Source of the DNA: Bacteroidota bacterium
Lineage (GTDB): Bacteria > Bacteroidota > Bacteroidia > Palsa-965
Direction: 5' to 3'
NCBI GenBank assembly: GCA_003153435.1
Contig: PLYR01000145.1
Location: forward strand, 20,034-84,033
DNA length: 64,000 nt
Shown here in pieces: positions 10,451 through 20,132 of this stretch. The stretch's first letter is position 1. Every line of letters starts with the position of its first letter. The position numbers and the translations under genes are program-made. A model generated the notes under the pieces. That model saw nothing but the letters and a program-made list of their open reading frames with translations, did no database searches and had not been told where the DNA came from.

Positions 10451-10738
10451 TTAAGACTTCGCGCCGGCCGAAAGATACTTCAAGATAAGGACCTTCTGTT
10501 CATCAGTGAACTGGTGTCCGCCTCTTTTGTTTTGCATTTTATCTACGATTGTTGTCCATTCTGCTGCGGTATGGCCACTTGGAGTCGCACGCTTAATGTT
10601 ATGGCACTTGCTGCAGGCAGTATGCCAGGCTCCTTCTTCAGGGGTGGCAGGGGTATAAGTAGAATCGGTAGCTCCTCCTTTTTTTCCGCAGGAGATGATA
10701 ACTAAGCTTATAATCGAAAGGATAAATAATTTTTTCAT
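10451..10738 (-). CDS. Small lipoprotein with a single CxxCH haem-binding motif (a mini c-type cytochrome). It is a paralogue of the gene at 35616-35900.
   Basis: The likely start is an ATG at 10738, giving MKKLFILSIISLVIISC, which is an SPII lipobox. The mature protein is about 75 aa and contains W..ACSKCHN. A Met candidate for the distal haem ligand (DKMQNK) follows. The longer ORF that starts at 10804 lacks a signal peptide. Confidence 0.5.
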   Translation of the reverse strand: MKKLFILSIISLVIISCGKKGGATDSTYTPATPEEGAWHTACSKCHNIKRATPSGHTAAEWTTIVDKMQNKRGGHQFTDEQKVLILKYLSAGAKS

Positions 10739-10834
10739 TCCTGATGTATTTGTTGTTGAATCAAACAGTGAATCAACACCAAAAATAAGCATTTTTTGAA
10801 GCAAGTCACCTTCTGGAGTGAAAATCAGTCAAGG

Positions 10835-11908
10835 TTAAACACTATGAAGATTTTCATGCAGGAGGAAATTGGAGATAAAGTCGCCTGTAGCAGTAGTTGA
10901 TCTCCCTCCTGAAGGGTTTAGATCTAGGGTCAGGGCTTCTGCTTGAATTGCTTCTTCCACAGCTCTGTGGATCCATGCACTCTCCAGTGGGAGCTGAAAC
11001 GAATATTCCAGCATCATTGCAGTAGAAAGAATTGCCCCGATAGGGTTAGCGATGTTCCGGCCTGCTGCTTCCGGCCAGGAACCATGGACGGGTTCATATA
11101 GAGATACTTTATTCCCTATGCTGGCGGAAGGCAGCATACCTAAGGAACCGGTAAGAACAGAAGCTTCATCACTCAGGATATCACCGAACATATTTTCGGT
11201 CAGAATAACATCAAACTGACGTGGGTTCTGTATGAGTTGCATAGCGGCATTGTCTACATACAAATAATCCACTTCCACACCTGGAAAATTGCCGGAGATT
11301 TCTCGTACCACTTCTCGCCAGAGCCTGGACGTCTCCAGGACGTTAGCCTTATCGACCAGGGTCAGCTTTTTCCTTCTTTGCATGGCTGCTTCAAAAGCCG
11401 GAATAGCGATGCGGATTATTTCTTCCCGGGTATAAAGGCAAAGGTCACTTGCTGAATCAGCACTTCTTTTCTTTTCACCGAAATACAACCCTCCTGTCAG
11501 CTCCCGGAAAATCACCAGATTAGCTCCAGCCAGTACTTGAGCTTTCAGCGGTGATCGGTTATAGAGACCAGGATAGCTCTTAACAGGACGGATATTTGCA
11601 TACAATCCCAATTCTTTTCTCATCCTTAACAAGCCTTGTTCAGGACTCATTCCCGATGGGTGGCGCTGATCAAAACGGGGATCCCCAACTGCTCCCAGAA
11701 GGATTGCATCGGAGGAGCGGCATAATTTCCCGGATTCTGGAGGGAATGGATCACCAACAGAGTCGATAGCTGCTGCACCAATCAGTGCTTCTGTAAAGGT
11801 GAATTTATGATTAAACCGGGTTGCTATTGCCTGGAGGATCTTAACAGCCTCCTTTGTGACCTCTTTTCCAATTCCATCGCCCGGAAGCAGTGCTATATTC
11901 TTTTTCAT
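10835..11908 (-). CDS. leuB: 3-isopropylmalate dehydrogenase
   Basis: It has LPGDGIGKEV and the IDH/IMDH fold motifs. It is 357 aa. The start overlaps the leuD stop by 4 bp. Confidence 0.9.
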   Translation of the reverse strand: MKKNIALLPGDGIGKEVTKEAVKILQAIATRFNHKFTFTEALIGAAAIDSVGDPFPPESGKLCRSSDAILLGAVGDPRFDQRHPSGMSPEQGLLRMRKELGLYANIRPVKSYPGLYNRSPLKAQVLAGANLVIFRELTGGLYFGEKKRSADSASDLCLYTREEIIRIAIPAFEAAMQRRKKLTLVDKANVLETSRLWREVVREISGNFPGVEVDYLYVDNAAMQLIQNPRQFDVILTENMFGDILSDEASVLTGSLGMLPSASIGNKVSLYEPVHGSWPEAAGRNIANPIGAILSTAMMLEYSFQLPLESAWIHRAVEEAIQAEALTLDLNPSGGRSTTATGDFISNFLLHENLHSV

Positions 11909-12522
11909 ATTCTGGAAAGGTTTTCAATAGAGGAAGCTTTTTTTTGCTCAAATAACGCGATCTGATCCCGTATCGAGAGAAGGTAATCTATATCGTCCAA
12001 CCCTTCCAGGAGACATAATTTTTTGTATGGGTTTATTACAAAAGGATAGGAGGTGGACTCACCATCGAAGAGTTCTACAAACTGATCTCTAAGATTAACA
12101 CCGATCTGAGTAGAAGGACTTTTCTTGCATTTTGCAAAGAGTTGTTTGAGGATGTTTTCAGGGAGTGTTATGGTAAGCAGACCGATATTAAGTGCGTTGT
12201 TTCGGAAAATGTCAGCAAAGCTTTCGGCAATGATAGCATCGAAGCCATAGTCTTGTATAGCCCATGCAGCATGCTCCCGACTGCTTCCACAGCCGAAATT
12301 TTTGCCTGTCATAAGAATTTTTCCATGAAAGGAGTCGTTGTTGAGGATGAACCCGGCCTTTTTCTTTCCGGAACTGTCGTACCGAAGATCCCGGAATAAA
12401 TTTTCTCCAAAGCCCGTTCTTCCGGTAGCTTTGAGGAACCGGGCCGGAATGATCTGGTCTGTGTCAATATTATCCGCTTCTAGCGGAACAACGGTGGATC
12501 TGAATGATTGAAATTTATTCAT
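11905..12522 (-). CDS. leuD: 3-isopropylmalate dehydratase small subunit
   Basis: It has the LeuD motifs (DNIDTDQIIPARFL, GCGSSREHAAWA). The start was reassigned to the internal ATG (MNKFQSF) at 12522. The listed 263-aa ORF is an upstream read-through that would overlap leuC. Confidence 0.85.
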   Translation of the reverse strand: MNKFQSFRSTVVPLEADNIDTDQIIPARFLKATGRTGFGENLFRDLRYDSSGKKKAGFILNNDSFHGKILMTGKNFGCGSSREHAAWAIQDYGFDAIIAESFADIFRNNALNIGLLTITLPENILKQLFAKCKKSPSTQIGVNLRDQFVELFDGESTSYPFVINPYKKLCLLEGLDDIDYLLSIRDQIALFEQKKASSIENLSRI

Positions 12523-12532
12523 CGTTTCTGAT

Positions 12533-13921
12533 TTAAGATGCCAACATTCGTATATCTGTGATATATCCATTGATGGCGCTTGCTGCCGCTGTTGCAGGGC
12601 TGGCAAGGATGGTTCTGGCACCAGGTCCTTGTCTTCCTTCAAAATTCCGGTTTGAAGTAGCCATACAATAAGAGAGCGGAGGAATCTTATCTTCATTCAT
12701 ACCCAGGCATGCAGAACATCCGGATTCTCTGAACTCAAATCCCGACTCCAGAAAGATATCTTCCAGACCTTCAGATTTGGCTTGTTGACGAACTCTTTGT
12801 GATCCTGGCACAATGAAGGCAATTACATCCTGTGAAACCTTTTTTCCTTTCACTACGGCTGCAACAATGCGCAGATCTTCGATCCTGGAATTGGTACAGC
12901 TTCCAATGAACACATAATCGAGTTTCTTCCCTGCTACTGGCTCCCCACCTTGCCATCCCATATACTCCAGGGCCTTTCTGTCTGACGGATTATTCAATAC
13001 CGGAATATTTGAATCAACGGCGATACCCATTCCAGGGTTAGTACCATAAGTCACCATTGGAGCAAGTCCTGTGATGTCGAAGTGAAGTTCCCTGGCAAAG
13101 AAGGCTCCTTCATCCGAATGTAATTCCTTCCACCTCTCAAGCGCTGCCTCTAATGCTTTTCCTTTGGGAGCGAAGGGCCTGTTTCGGATATACTCCAGGG
13201 TTTTGTCATCAGGTGCAATGATCCCACCACGGGCACCCATTTCTATACTCATATTGCATACGGTCATTCTTTCTTCAATGCTCAGAGCTGATATGGCACT
13301 TCCCATATATTCCACAAAGTGCCCTGTTGCAGCATCTGTTGAGGCCTGGGAGATAATGTATAAAATCAGATCCTTGGAACTTAACCAAGGACCCATTTCT
13401 CCCGTGACACAAATTTTCATTGCCGGGGGTCTCTCCTGAAGCAGGCACTGAGATGCAAAAACTTGCTCCACCTCTGTTGAACCAATCCCAAAAGCAAGGG
13501 CACCAAGTCCTCCGTGAGTGGAAGTATGACTGTCGCCACATACCATGGTCATTCCAGGGAGAGTTATTCCAAGCTCAGGGGCAATAACATGAACAATGCC
13601 TTGATTGGGATGACCAAGACCGAAGAGTTCGATTTCATGCTTCCTGCAGTTCTCCACTAACCGGCTTACCTGCAGTCGTGACATTTCTTCGCGAATAGGA
13701 AGATGTTGATTTATTGTAGGTACATTATGATCTGCAGTTGCCAGCGTTTGCTCTTTACGGAAAACAGAAATACCTCTTTTCTCCAGTCCGGCAAAGGCCT
13801 GAGGGCTAGTTACTTCATGAATGAGGTGTTTATCAATATAGAGCACATCCGGACCGCCTGGGATGCCTGTCACCTTGTGTTCATCCCAGATTTTATCAAA
13901 GAGTGTTTTAGCCTTCTTCAT
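12533..13921 (-). CDS. leuC: 3-isopropylmalate dehydratase large subunit (aconitase family)
   Basis: It has the aconitase-family Fe-S ligand regions (GDSHT, CTNSR, SCSACLG). It is 462 aa. There is a 4-bp overlap with the upstream leuA-like gene. Confidence 0.9.
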   Translation of the reverse strand: MKKAKTLFDKIWDEHKVTGIPGGPDVLYIDKHLIHEVTSPQAFAGLEKRGISVFRKEQTLATADHNVPTINQHLPIREEMSRLQVSRLVENCRKHEIELFGLGHPNQGIVHVIAPELGITLPGMTMVCGDSHTSTHGGLGALAFGIGSTEVEQVFASQCLLQERPPAMKICVTGEMGPWLSSKDLILYIISQASTDAATGHFVEYMGSAISALSIEERMTVCNMSIEMGARGGIIAPDDKTLEYIRNRPFAPKGKALEAALERWKELHSDEGAFFARELHFDITGLAPMVTYGTNPGMGIAVDSNIPVLNNPSDRKALEYMGWQGGEPVAGKKLDYVFIGSCTNSRIEDLRIVAAVVKGKKVSQDVIAFIVPGSQRVRQQAKSEGLEDIFLESGFEFRESGCSACLGMNEDKIPPLSYCMATSNRNFEGRQGPGARTILASPATAAASAINGYITDIRMLAS

Positions 13922-15078
13922 CCTTCTACAGCTTTGAACTCTTCAGCGAGTTTATGGAGGTGATCCTGTGTGATTGCTTTGGTAGTATCGGCAAGGATCA
14001 GGAACTGATTGTAAACCTTTGTTAGTTCTTCGGGACTGTATTCATAGCCCAGGGCTTTAAAATGGTGATTTAGGGCAGCTCTTCCACTCCTAGCGGATAG
14101 AACGATACGGGATGGATCAGCACCAACTGTAGAAGGATCAATGATCTCATAAGTCCCTGAATGCTTCAGGAAGCCATCCTGATGAATACCAGAAGAATGA
14201 GCGAATGCATTACTGCCAACGATAGCTTTATTGGGCTGTACAGTCATATTCATAAGCCGGGAGACCAGCTGGCTGAGAGAATAAATGCCGGTCGTTTCAA
14301 TGTTTGAATAAAGATTGAGTGAGGCGTGGCTTTTGAGTATCATAACCACTTCTTCAAGGGAGGTATTACCTGCCCGTTCACCGATTCCGTTGATGGTACA
14401 CTCAATTTGCCGTGCACCGTTTCTGACACCTGCTATGGAGTTGGCAGTGGCTAGCCCCAGATCATTATGGCAGTGACAGGACAAGAGAATGTTTTCTATC
14501 CCCTTTACATTTTCCATAAGATAAGCAATCAGAGCTCCATACTCCTCGGGAAGACAATAGCCAGTGGTATCGGGTATATTGATAACAGTAGCTCCGGCCT
14601 TGATTACCTCGCTAACCATTCTGGAAAGAAAAACTTTATCTGCTCTACCAGCATCCTCAGCGTAGAACTCTACATCCTCGCAAAACTTTTTGGCATACAA
14701 AACTGCTGACACCCCTTGTTCCAGCACTTTATCACGGGTACTTCTGAACTTATGGGCAATATGGATGTCAGAACTCCCGATTCCGGTATGAATCCTCTTT
14801 CGGGCAGCGTACCTTAGAGATTCTGCGGCACAATCGATATCTGCTTTCTGAGCTCTGGTAAGGGCACAAATGATAGGGGCACGGACAGCTTTTGATATTT
14901 CTACCACGGAACGGAAATCACCAGGGCTTGAAACCGGGAACCCCGCTTCGATAATATCCACTCCCAGTCTTTCAAGCCCCAGAGCAATTTGTATCTTTTC
15001 CGTGGTATTGAGCTGTGAACCCGGAACTTGCTCCCCGTCTCGGAGGGTTGTGTCAAAAATGAATACACGGTTGTCCAT
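13918..15078 (-). CDS. Short-form 2-isopropylmalate / (R)-citramalate synthase (LeuA/CimA/NifV family). It has the HMGL-like TIM barrel only and lacks the C-terminal LeuA regulatory domain.
   Basis: It begins [10 protein letters not shown], which is the DRE_TIM metallolyase start. It is 386 aa, compared with about 500 aa for long LeuA. It is the first gene of the leu operon. Confidence 0.75.
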   Translation of the reverse strand: MDNRVFIFDTTLRDGEQVPGSQLNTTEKIQIALGLERLGVDIIEAGFPVSSPGDFRSVVEISKAVRAPIICALTRAQKADIDCAAESLRYAARKRIHTGIGSSDIHIAHKFRSTRDKVLEQGVSAVLYAKKFCEDVEFYAEDAGRADKVFLSRMVSEVIKAGATVINIPDTTGYCLPEEYGALIAYLMENVKGIENILLSCHCHNDLGLATANSIAGVRNGARQIECTINGIGERAGNTSLEEVVMILKSHASLNLYSNIETTGIYSLSQLVSRLMNMTVQPNKAIVGSNAFAHSSGIHQDGFLKHSGTYEIIDPSTVGADPSRIVLSARSGRAALNHHFKALGYEYSPEELTKVYNQFLILADTTKAITQDHLHKLAEEFKAVEG

Positions 15079-15181
15079 GATTTAAATACATTTGTTATGT
15101 AAATGTAGTTCTATGAAATATCGTATTAAAAACTTAAATTGAACTTAAATACGATGCCCAAACCGAAATATCCTCATTTGG

Positions 15182-16786
15182 ATGGGTGTAAAAAGTCTAT
15201 TAACACTATACATTACGATGTCTAAAACAACTTCTGATGATTTGTTTCAATTGATTCATTCGCTAACCAAAAGCGAAAAGAGACATTTTAAGATATACGC
15301 ATCCAGAGTCAGCAGTGAAGAAGGAAAAAAATTCATTCATCTTTTTGATCTGATCCATGCACAGAAGAGGTATGATGAAGCGGCATTAAAAAAGGATTCG
15401 AAACTTAATCCAAGGCAGATCCCAAATCTTAAGGTACATCTCTATAAACAAATCCTCTTGTCCGTTAAAATGATTAATACTTCGGATTGTGTTGAAGTGG
15501 AAATCAGGAATCTTATTGATAGTGCGCAGTTGCTTTATAATAAATGTCTGTATAAACAGTGCATTGCAATGCTCGATAAAGCAAAGAAACTCGCAGTTCT
15601 CACCGACAGAGATGTACTGCATCTCGATATTCTGGAGCTTGAACGGACTGTTTTAAATCAAACGGTTTCTGCGAATAATGAAGATCGGGTGAAAGCGGTG
15701 GTGGCGGAAACGCGAGCTCTTTCGAAGAGCATCCGGAACATCAATATTTTTGCAAATCTTTCCTTGCGTTTGAATTCATTCTATGTGAAAATGGGATTCA
15801 TTCGTGGAGAGAGTGACCTCAAAAAGGTCAAGAAAATATTCATCCGTTATATGCCAGAATATGACGAAGCCAAGCTTTCTTTTTATGAGAAAGTCTATCT
15901 ATACTGTTGCTATACCCAGTATTATTATTTTATTCAAGATTTTCAGAATGTCAGGGTTTATGCTCTTCGATGGGTCGGACTTTTTGAAGCGGACCAGCAA
16001 AAAATCAGAAATAATCTGGAGAGTTATATACGAAGCTTGAATTACCTGCTTATGGCACAGAACAAACTGATGCTTTATGATGAATTCAGCGCCACTTTGA
16101 AAAAGCTCGTTGCTCTAAAGAGGGATAAGAGTATTAATCTGACGGAAAACATTAATCTGGTCATGTTCCGAACGATTTATGTTCATGAAATAAACAGACA
16201 TTTTATGCTTGGGGAGTTTACTTCCGGAACCCGCATCGTCACTCGTCTTGAACACGAGCTTAATGCATTAATTCCAAAACTGGATAAGCATTATCTCCTG
16301 ATCTTCTATTATAAAATAGCATGCCTGTATTTTGGAGCAGGGGAATACAAACGGGCCATTTTCTGGTTGAACAAAATAATCAATTTCCAGGAGGATGACG
16401 TAAGGGTTGATATCAGTTCTTTTGCCCGGATACTTTCACTGATCAGTCACTATGAGCTAAAGAACTATGATCTTTTGGAATATCAGATCAAATCGACCTA
16501 CAGGTTTCTTGCTAAAAACGGAAACCTGGGGCTTTATCAAAAAATCATTCTTGGTTTTATCAGAAAATTATCAGGAGGGATGAATGAGAAAGGCATTCGG
16601 ACTGAATTCATAAAACTTAAGAATTCTCTGGTCAAGCTTCAGGAAGACCCTTTTAACAGGAAGGCCTTTGTTTACTTCGACATCATTTCCTGGCTAGAGA
16701 GTAAAATTGAGTCCAGGCCTGTCCAGGAAATAATAAAAGAAAAAGTAAAAAATAAGCTGCTCTCTAAAAATCTGGTAGAGTTATAA
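15182..16786 (+). CDS. Hypothetical all-alpha (TPR-like) protein
   Basis: It is a long, uninterrupted ORF of 534 aa. It is rich in K/L/Y and has no recognisable catalytic motifs. An alternative ATG lies at 15221. It is divergent from the leu operon and convergent with the DUF4249 gene. Confidence 0.5.
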   Translation: MGVKSLLTLYITMSKTTSDDLFQLIHSLTKSEKRHFKIYASRVSSEEGKKFIHLFDLIHAQKRYDEAALKKDSKLNPRQIPNLKVHLYKQILLSVKMINTSDCVEVEIRNLIDSAQLLYNKCLYKQCIAMLDKAKKLAVLTDRDVLHLDILELERTVLNQTVSANNEDRVKAVVAETRALSKSIRNINIFANLSLRLNSFYVKMGFIRGESDLKKVKKIFIRYMPEYDEAKLSFYEKVYLYCCYTQYYYFIQDFQNVRVYALRWVGLFEADQQKIRNNLESYIRSLNYLLMAQNKLMLYDEFSATLKKLVALKRDKSINLTENINLVMFRTIYVHEINRHFMLGEFTSGTRIVTRLEHELNALIPKLDKHYLLIFYYKIACLYFGAGEYKRAIFWLNKIINFQEDDVRVDISSFARILSLISHYELKNYDLLEYQIKSTYRFLAKNGNLGLYQKIILGFIRKLSGGMNEKGIRTEFIKLKNSLVKLQEDPFNRKAFVYFDIISWLESKIESRPVQEIIKEKVKNKLLSKNLVEL

Positions 16787-16807
16787 CCACTCTTTACTTT
16801 GCAGTTC

Positions 16808-17608
16808 TTAAGGAAGCTGGATGGTTCTCTTTCGATAAGCATAAGCTCCGAAGGATCCCAGTCCCCCATTGCTAATATTCGTCACAGGATTGGCCGAAGG
16901 AGCTGAAAACGGACCACCGGCGGTAAGTGTTCCTTGCAAGGTATTATAGAAATCATAAGAATTTTTATCAAAACAAACCAGGTCCACCCTCACACTATCG
17001 CCGAAGAGCATTTCAGAATTTCGTAACCGTACATGCTGAGCGTTCCCGTTTATAAGCTTATCGCTGATTACCCTGTTATCGACGAGGTCGTTAAGCAGGA
17101 TTCCATTTCGGTAAAGACGAAAACCGTAATAATTTCCCAAGGCCGTTGGATCAGTAAAGGAGAGTGTTACCGAATAGCTTCCGATGTTTCCATTTCTCGG
17201 GGTGCCAGGTCGGTAAGCAGAACTGATAGAATCAATTGACACGGTATCAGGCATAGTGGAGATGGAAGTATAGACTTTTCCCGAGGAAGTCACACTCAGG
17301 GTATAGGTATTACCGATTGTGCCGACAAGCGTTGATGTCATGTAATTCCCGGGAGAGCTTTCATGAAGGGTTTCCGCATGACCAGCATTGTCAGAGATGA
17401 TGACTGTGGCTCCGGAGAGAGGATTAAACCCTGCTGCACCGAAATAATTCGTTGTAGTGCTCAGTTTTATAAGATAGGGGCCTGGATAATTATCTACATG
17501 CCCTTCAATGACCACCTTTGGGGAGACTGAATTCAGATCGATGGTTATCACTTCCTGGCAGGAAAAAAGGCCGCAGATCAAGATGAATAGTGGAATGAGC
17601 TTTTTCAT
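16808..17608 (-). CDS. DUF4249-family lipoprotein. This is the usual partner of non-SusC TonB-dependent receptors in Bacteroidota.
   Basis: The lipoprotein signal is MKKLIPLFILICGLFSC. It is 266 aa. It lies 2 bp downstream of the TonB-dependent receptor on the same strand. Confidence 0.45.
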   Translation of the reverse strand: MKKLIPLFILICGLFSCQEVITIDLNSVSPKVVIEGHVDNYPGPYLIKLSTTTNYFGAAGFNPLSGATVIISDNAGHAETLHESSPGNYMTSTLVGTIGNTYTLSVTSSGKVYTSISTMPDTVSIDSISSAYRPGTPRNGNIGSYSVTLSFTDPTALGNYYGFRLYRNGILLNDLVDNRVISDKLINGNAQHVRLRNSEMLFGDSVRVDLVCFDKNSYDFYNTLQGTLTAGGPFSAPSANPVTNISNGGLGSFGAYAYRKRTIQLP

Positions 17609-17610
17609 TA

Positions 17611-19938
17611 TTAGAACTTAAAATTATAAGTGACAGAAGGTATAACTCCGAAAAGCCAGGTCTTCACGGCTTGTGTTTGTGCAGGGTTGTTAGGATCCTG
17701 TTGGAACTGGATGGAATAAGCATTGTGCCGGTCATAGACATTGTAGACTGAAAAGTCCCACTCTCCTTCAAAATGTTTTCTCTTGGGCCGCTTCCAGGTG
17801 GCGGAGAGGTCAAGTCTGTGATATGCCGGCATACGATATCCATTCCGGTCACTATAATAAGAAACGGTATGGCCCTGGAACTGATATTGGGCAACAGGAA
17901 AAGTAACCGCATTACCGGTTGCATAAACCCATACGGCTCCAAAGCTCCATTTTTTACCGGCATTATACATCAGTACTGTGGATATGTCATGGGTACGGTC
18001 TTGTTTTGCGGGATACCAGGAGTCGTTATTGATATACTGGAATTGACGTTCCGTGCGAGATAAGGTGTAAGCCACCCATCCGGTAAACTTTCCGACATTC
18101 TTGCGAATCAGAAATTCAGCTCCATAGGATCTTCCTTTTCCAAAATAAAGCTGAGATTCCACCACAGGATTAAGTACAATATTAGCTCCGGGTTTATAAT
18201 CAATCTGGTTCTGCATGTCTTTATAATAGACTTCAACGGAAGTTTCAAACATGTTGTCTTTAAGGTTCCGGAAATAGCCTAAGGCATATTGATCACAGAG
18301 CTGTGGCTTAATGACGTTACTAGAAGGAACCCAGAGATCGGTTGGAGTTGACGCGGTAGTATTAGACAGAAGCTGGATAAACTGACTGGTACGGGTATAG
18401 GAGGCCTTTAAGGAACTGACTTTGTTCAGAACATACCTCGCTGAAATCCGTGGTTCAAGACTTCCGTATTGTTGAATAACCGTTGGTTTTTTGTAAACAG
18501 TAGTGTCGGTTATAGCCCCGGTGCTGTCATAGTGAAATACTTTCCCAGGCCCGAGCTGATCGTAGAGGACATAACGGAGTCCTGCAACAATGGTAAGTTT
18601 CGGGGTGATGGTAATCTCATCAGAAACATAGACCGCATCTTCAAGAGCATATTTCTGATCAATATTTAAGTCGTTGATCAATCTGGTGCCGTTGGTCGAG
18701 AGTGTACCAGGGGTGAAAACATGGTAGATTGACTGAAGTCCGAATTTGATTTTATTTTTATCGTTCGGATAATATTCGAACGCTTCTTTCAGAGAGTAAT
18801 CCCTTACGCCAGAGTTGATCGCAAAATTGCTCGAGCCTGCCGTTATGTTAATCGTGTATTGATAATCACTGACGATGGCAGAGGTGTTTAGGAATAACTT
18901 GTCGTTAAAGATATGGTTCCAGCGAAGGGTACCTGTTGCATTCCCCCAGTTGATACCGAAAAGTCCGGAAGCTCCGAACACATCTCTCCCGAAATAGCCT
19001 GAAAGAAAGAGCCTGTCTTTCTCCGTTACTTTATAATTCGCTTTTACATTAAGGTCATAAAAGTATAAGGATGAAGATCGAATAGCTGCGGAGCTGCCAA
19101 AAAGATGGAGGAACACATCCGCATAAGTCCTGCGTCCTGAAATAAGAAATGATCCCCGATCTTTGACAATAGGTCCTTCAATGGTTAGTCTGGAAGCGAT
19201 AAGTCCGATCCCTCCTTTTACGGTGTACTTTTTTTCGTTGCCTTCATTCATATGGACATCGAGGACAGAAGCAAGCCTGCCACCATAATCCGCAGGAATT
19301 CCACCTTTTATGAGGTTCATGTCTTTAACGGCATCCGCATTAAAAACTGAAAAGAACCCAAGAAGGTGTGAGGCATTATAAACGGTTGCATCATCAAGCA
19401 GAATCAGGTTTTGGTCAGAACCTCCTCCACGCACATAAAAGCCGGTATTCCCTTCACCTGCCGACATTACCCCTGGAAGCAGAGTGATTGTTTTCAGAAT
19501 ATCGGTCTCGCCAAATAGCACTGGAATAGCTTTGATGGTTTGCATATCCAGGTGATCTGTACTCATTGTTGTGGAGGTAACATTGTTATCTCTTTTCGTT
19601 GCCAGGATCTCCACACCTTGAAGGGCTACACTTTCATCACTCAATTCAACCGTAAGCTTTTCGTTTTTCTGCAGATCAATACTAAATGTCTTAGGTCTCC
19701 GTCCTACAAAACTGATCTCAATATTATATTTTCCCTGTGGAAGGGTGATGGAAAAAAAGCCATAAGCATTCGTTGTTGTACCTGTTTTCGCTTCCGGGAT
19801 TGCAATGCTTGCTCCGATTACTGTTTCCCCGGTTGCAGAATCTTTGACTATTCCGCTGATAGTAAATTTCTGTTGAGCACTGAGTAGTAAAGGACCTAAT
19901 AAAAAAAAGCTGAAAGCAAGGAAGCGTATCAATTTCAT
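17611..19938 (-). CDS. TonB-dependent outer-membrane receptor. It has an N-terminal carboxypeptidase-regulatory-like domain, a plug and a 22-strand barrel.
   Basis: It has a signal peptide. The CarbopepD_reg-like start is FTISGIVKD..TGE. A plug region is present. The barrel ends with the C-terminal motif ...YNFKF. Confidence 0.8.
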   Translation of the reverse strand: MKLIRFLAFSFFLLGPLLLSAQQKFTISGIVKDSATGETVIGASIAIPEAKTGTTTNAYGFFSITLPQGKYNIEISFVGRRPKTFSIDLQKNEKLTVELSDESVALQGVEILATKRDNNVTSTTMSTDHLDMQTIKAIPVLFGETDILKTITLLPGVMSAGEGNTGFYVRGGGSDQNLILLDDATVYNASHLLGFFSVFNADAVKDMNLIKGGIPADYGGRLASVLDVHMNEGNEKKYTVKGGIGLIASRLTIEGPIVKDRGSFLISGRRTYADVFLHLFGSSAAIRSSSLYFYDLNVKANYKVTEKDRLFLSGYFGRDVFGASGLFGINWGNATGTLRWNHIFNDKLFLNTSAIVSDYQYTINITAGSSNFAINSGVRDYSLKEAFEYYPNDKNKIKFGLQSIYHVFTPGTLSTNGTRLINDLNIDQKYALEDAVYVSDEITITPKLTIVAGLRYVLYDQLGPGKVFHYDSTGAITDTTVYKKPTVIQQYGSLEPRISARYVLNKVSSLKASYTRTSQFIQLLSNTTASTPTDLWVPSSNVIKPQLCDQYALGYFRNLKDNMFETSVEVYYKDMQNQIDYKPGANIVLNPVVESQLYFGKGRSYGAEFLIRKNVGKFTGWVAYTLSRTERQFQYINNDSWYPAKQDRTHDISTVLMYNAGKKWSFGAVWVYATGNAVTFPVAQYQFQGHTVSYYSDRNGYRMPAYHRLDLSATWKRPKRKHFEGEWDFSVYNVYDRHNAYSIQFQQDPNNPAQTQAVKTWLFGVIPSVTYNFKF

Positions 19939-20082
19939 AGTTAGATCGGAATAGTAAAATTTAGGCGGTCAAAGATACGAAAATGCAATAAGGGAAAAGT
20001 TAAGGGCCGATTGGGAAACCTCAAATGAGATCAAATGGGGAAGAAAGGAGATGAGAACTAGGATCAACAGGATCAAACTTAT

Positions 20083-20114
20083 ATAAAAAAGGACCCGTGA
20101 GGGTCCTTTTTTTG
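20083..20114. terminator. Rho-independent terminator, bidirectional in form
   Basis: The sequence is AAAAAA-GGACCC-GTGA-GGGTCC-TTTTTTT. It sits 19 bp downstream of the stop of the giant minus-strand gene. Confidence 0.75.
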
Positions 20115-20132
20115 TATTCAGGAAATATTTTT

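Noticed and set aside
11905-12696. 263-aa version of leuD with a 58-residue N-terminal extension
   Set aside because: The extension would overlap leuC by 160 bp and has no homology. The internal ATG at 12522 gives a canonical roughly 206-aa LeuD, 10 bp after the leuC stop.
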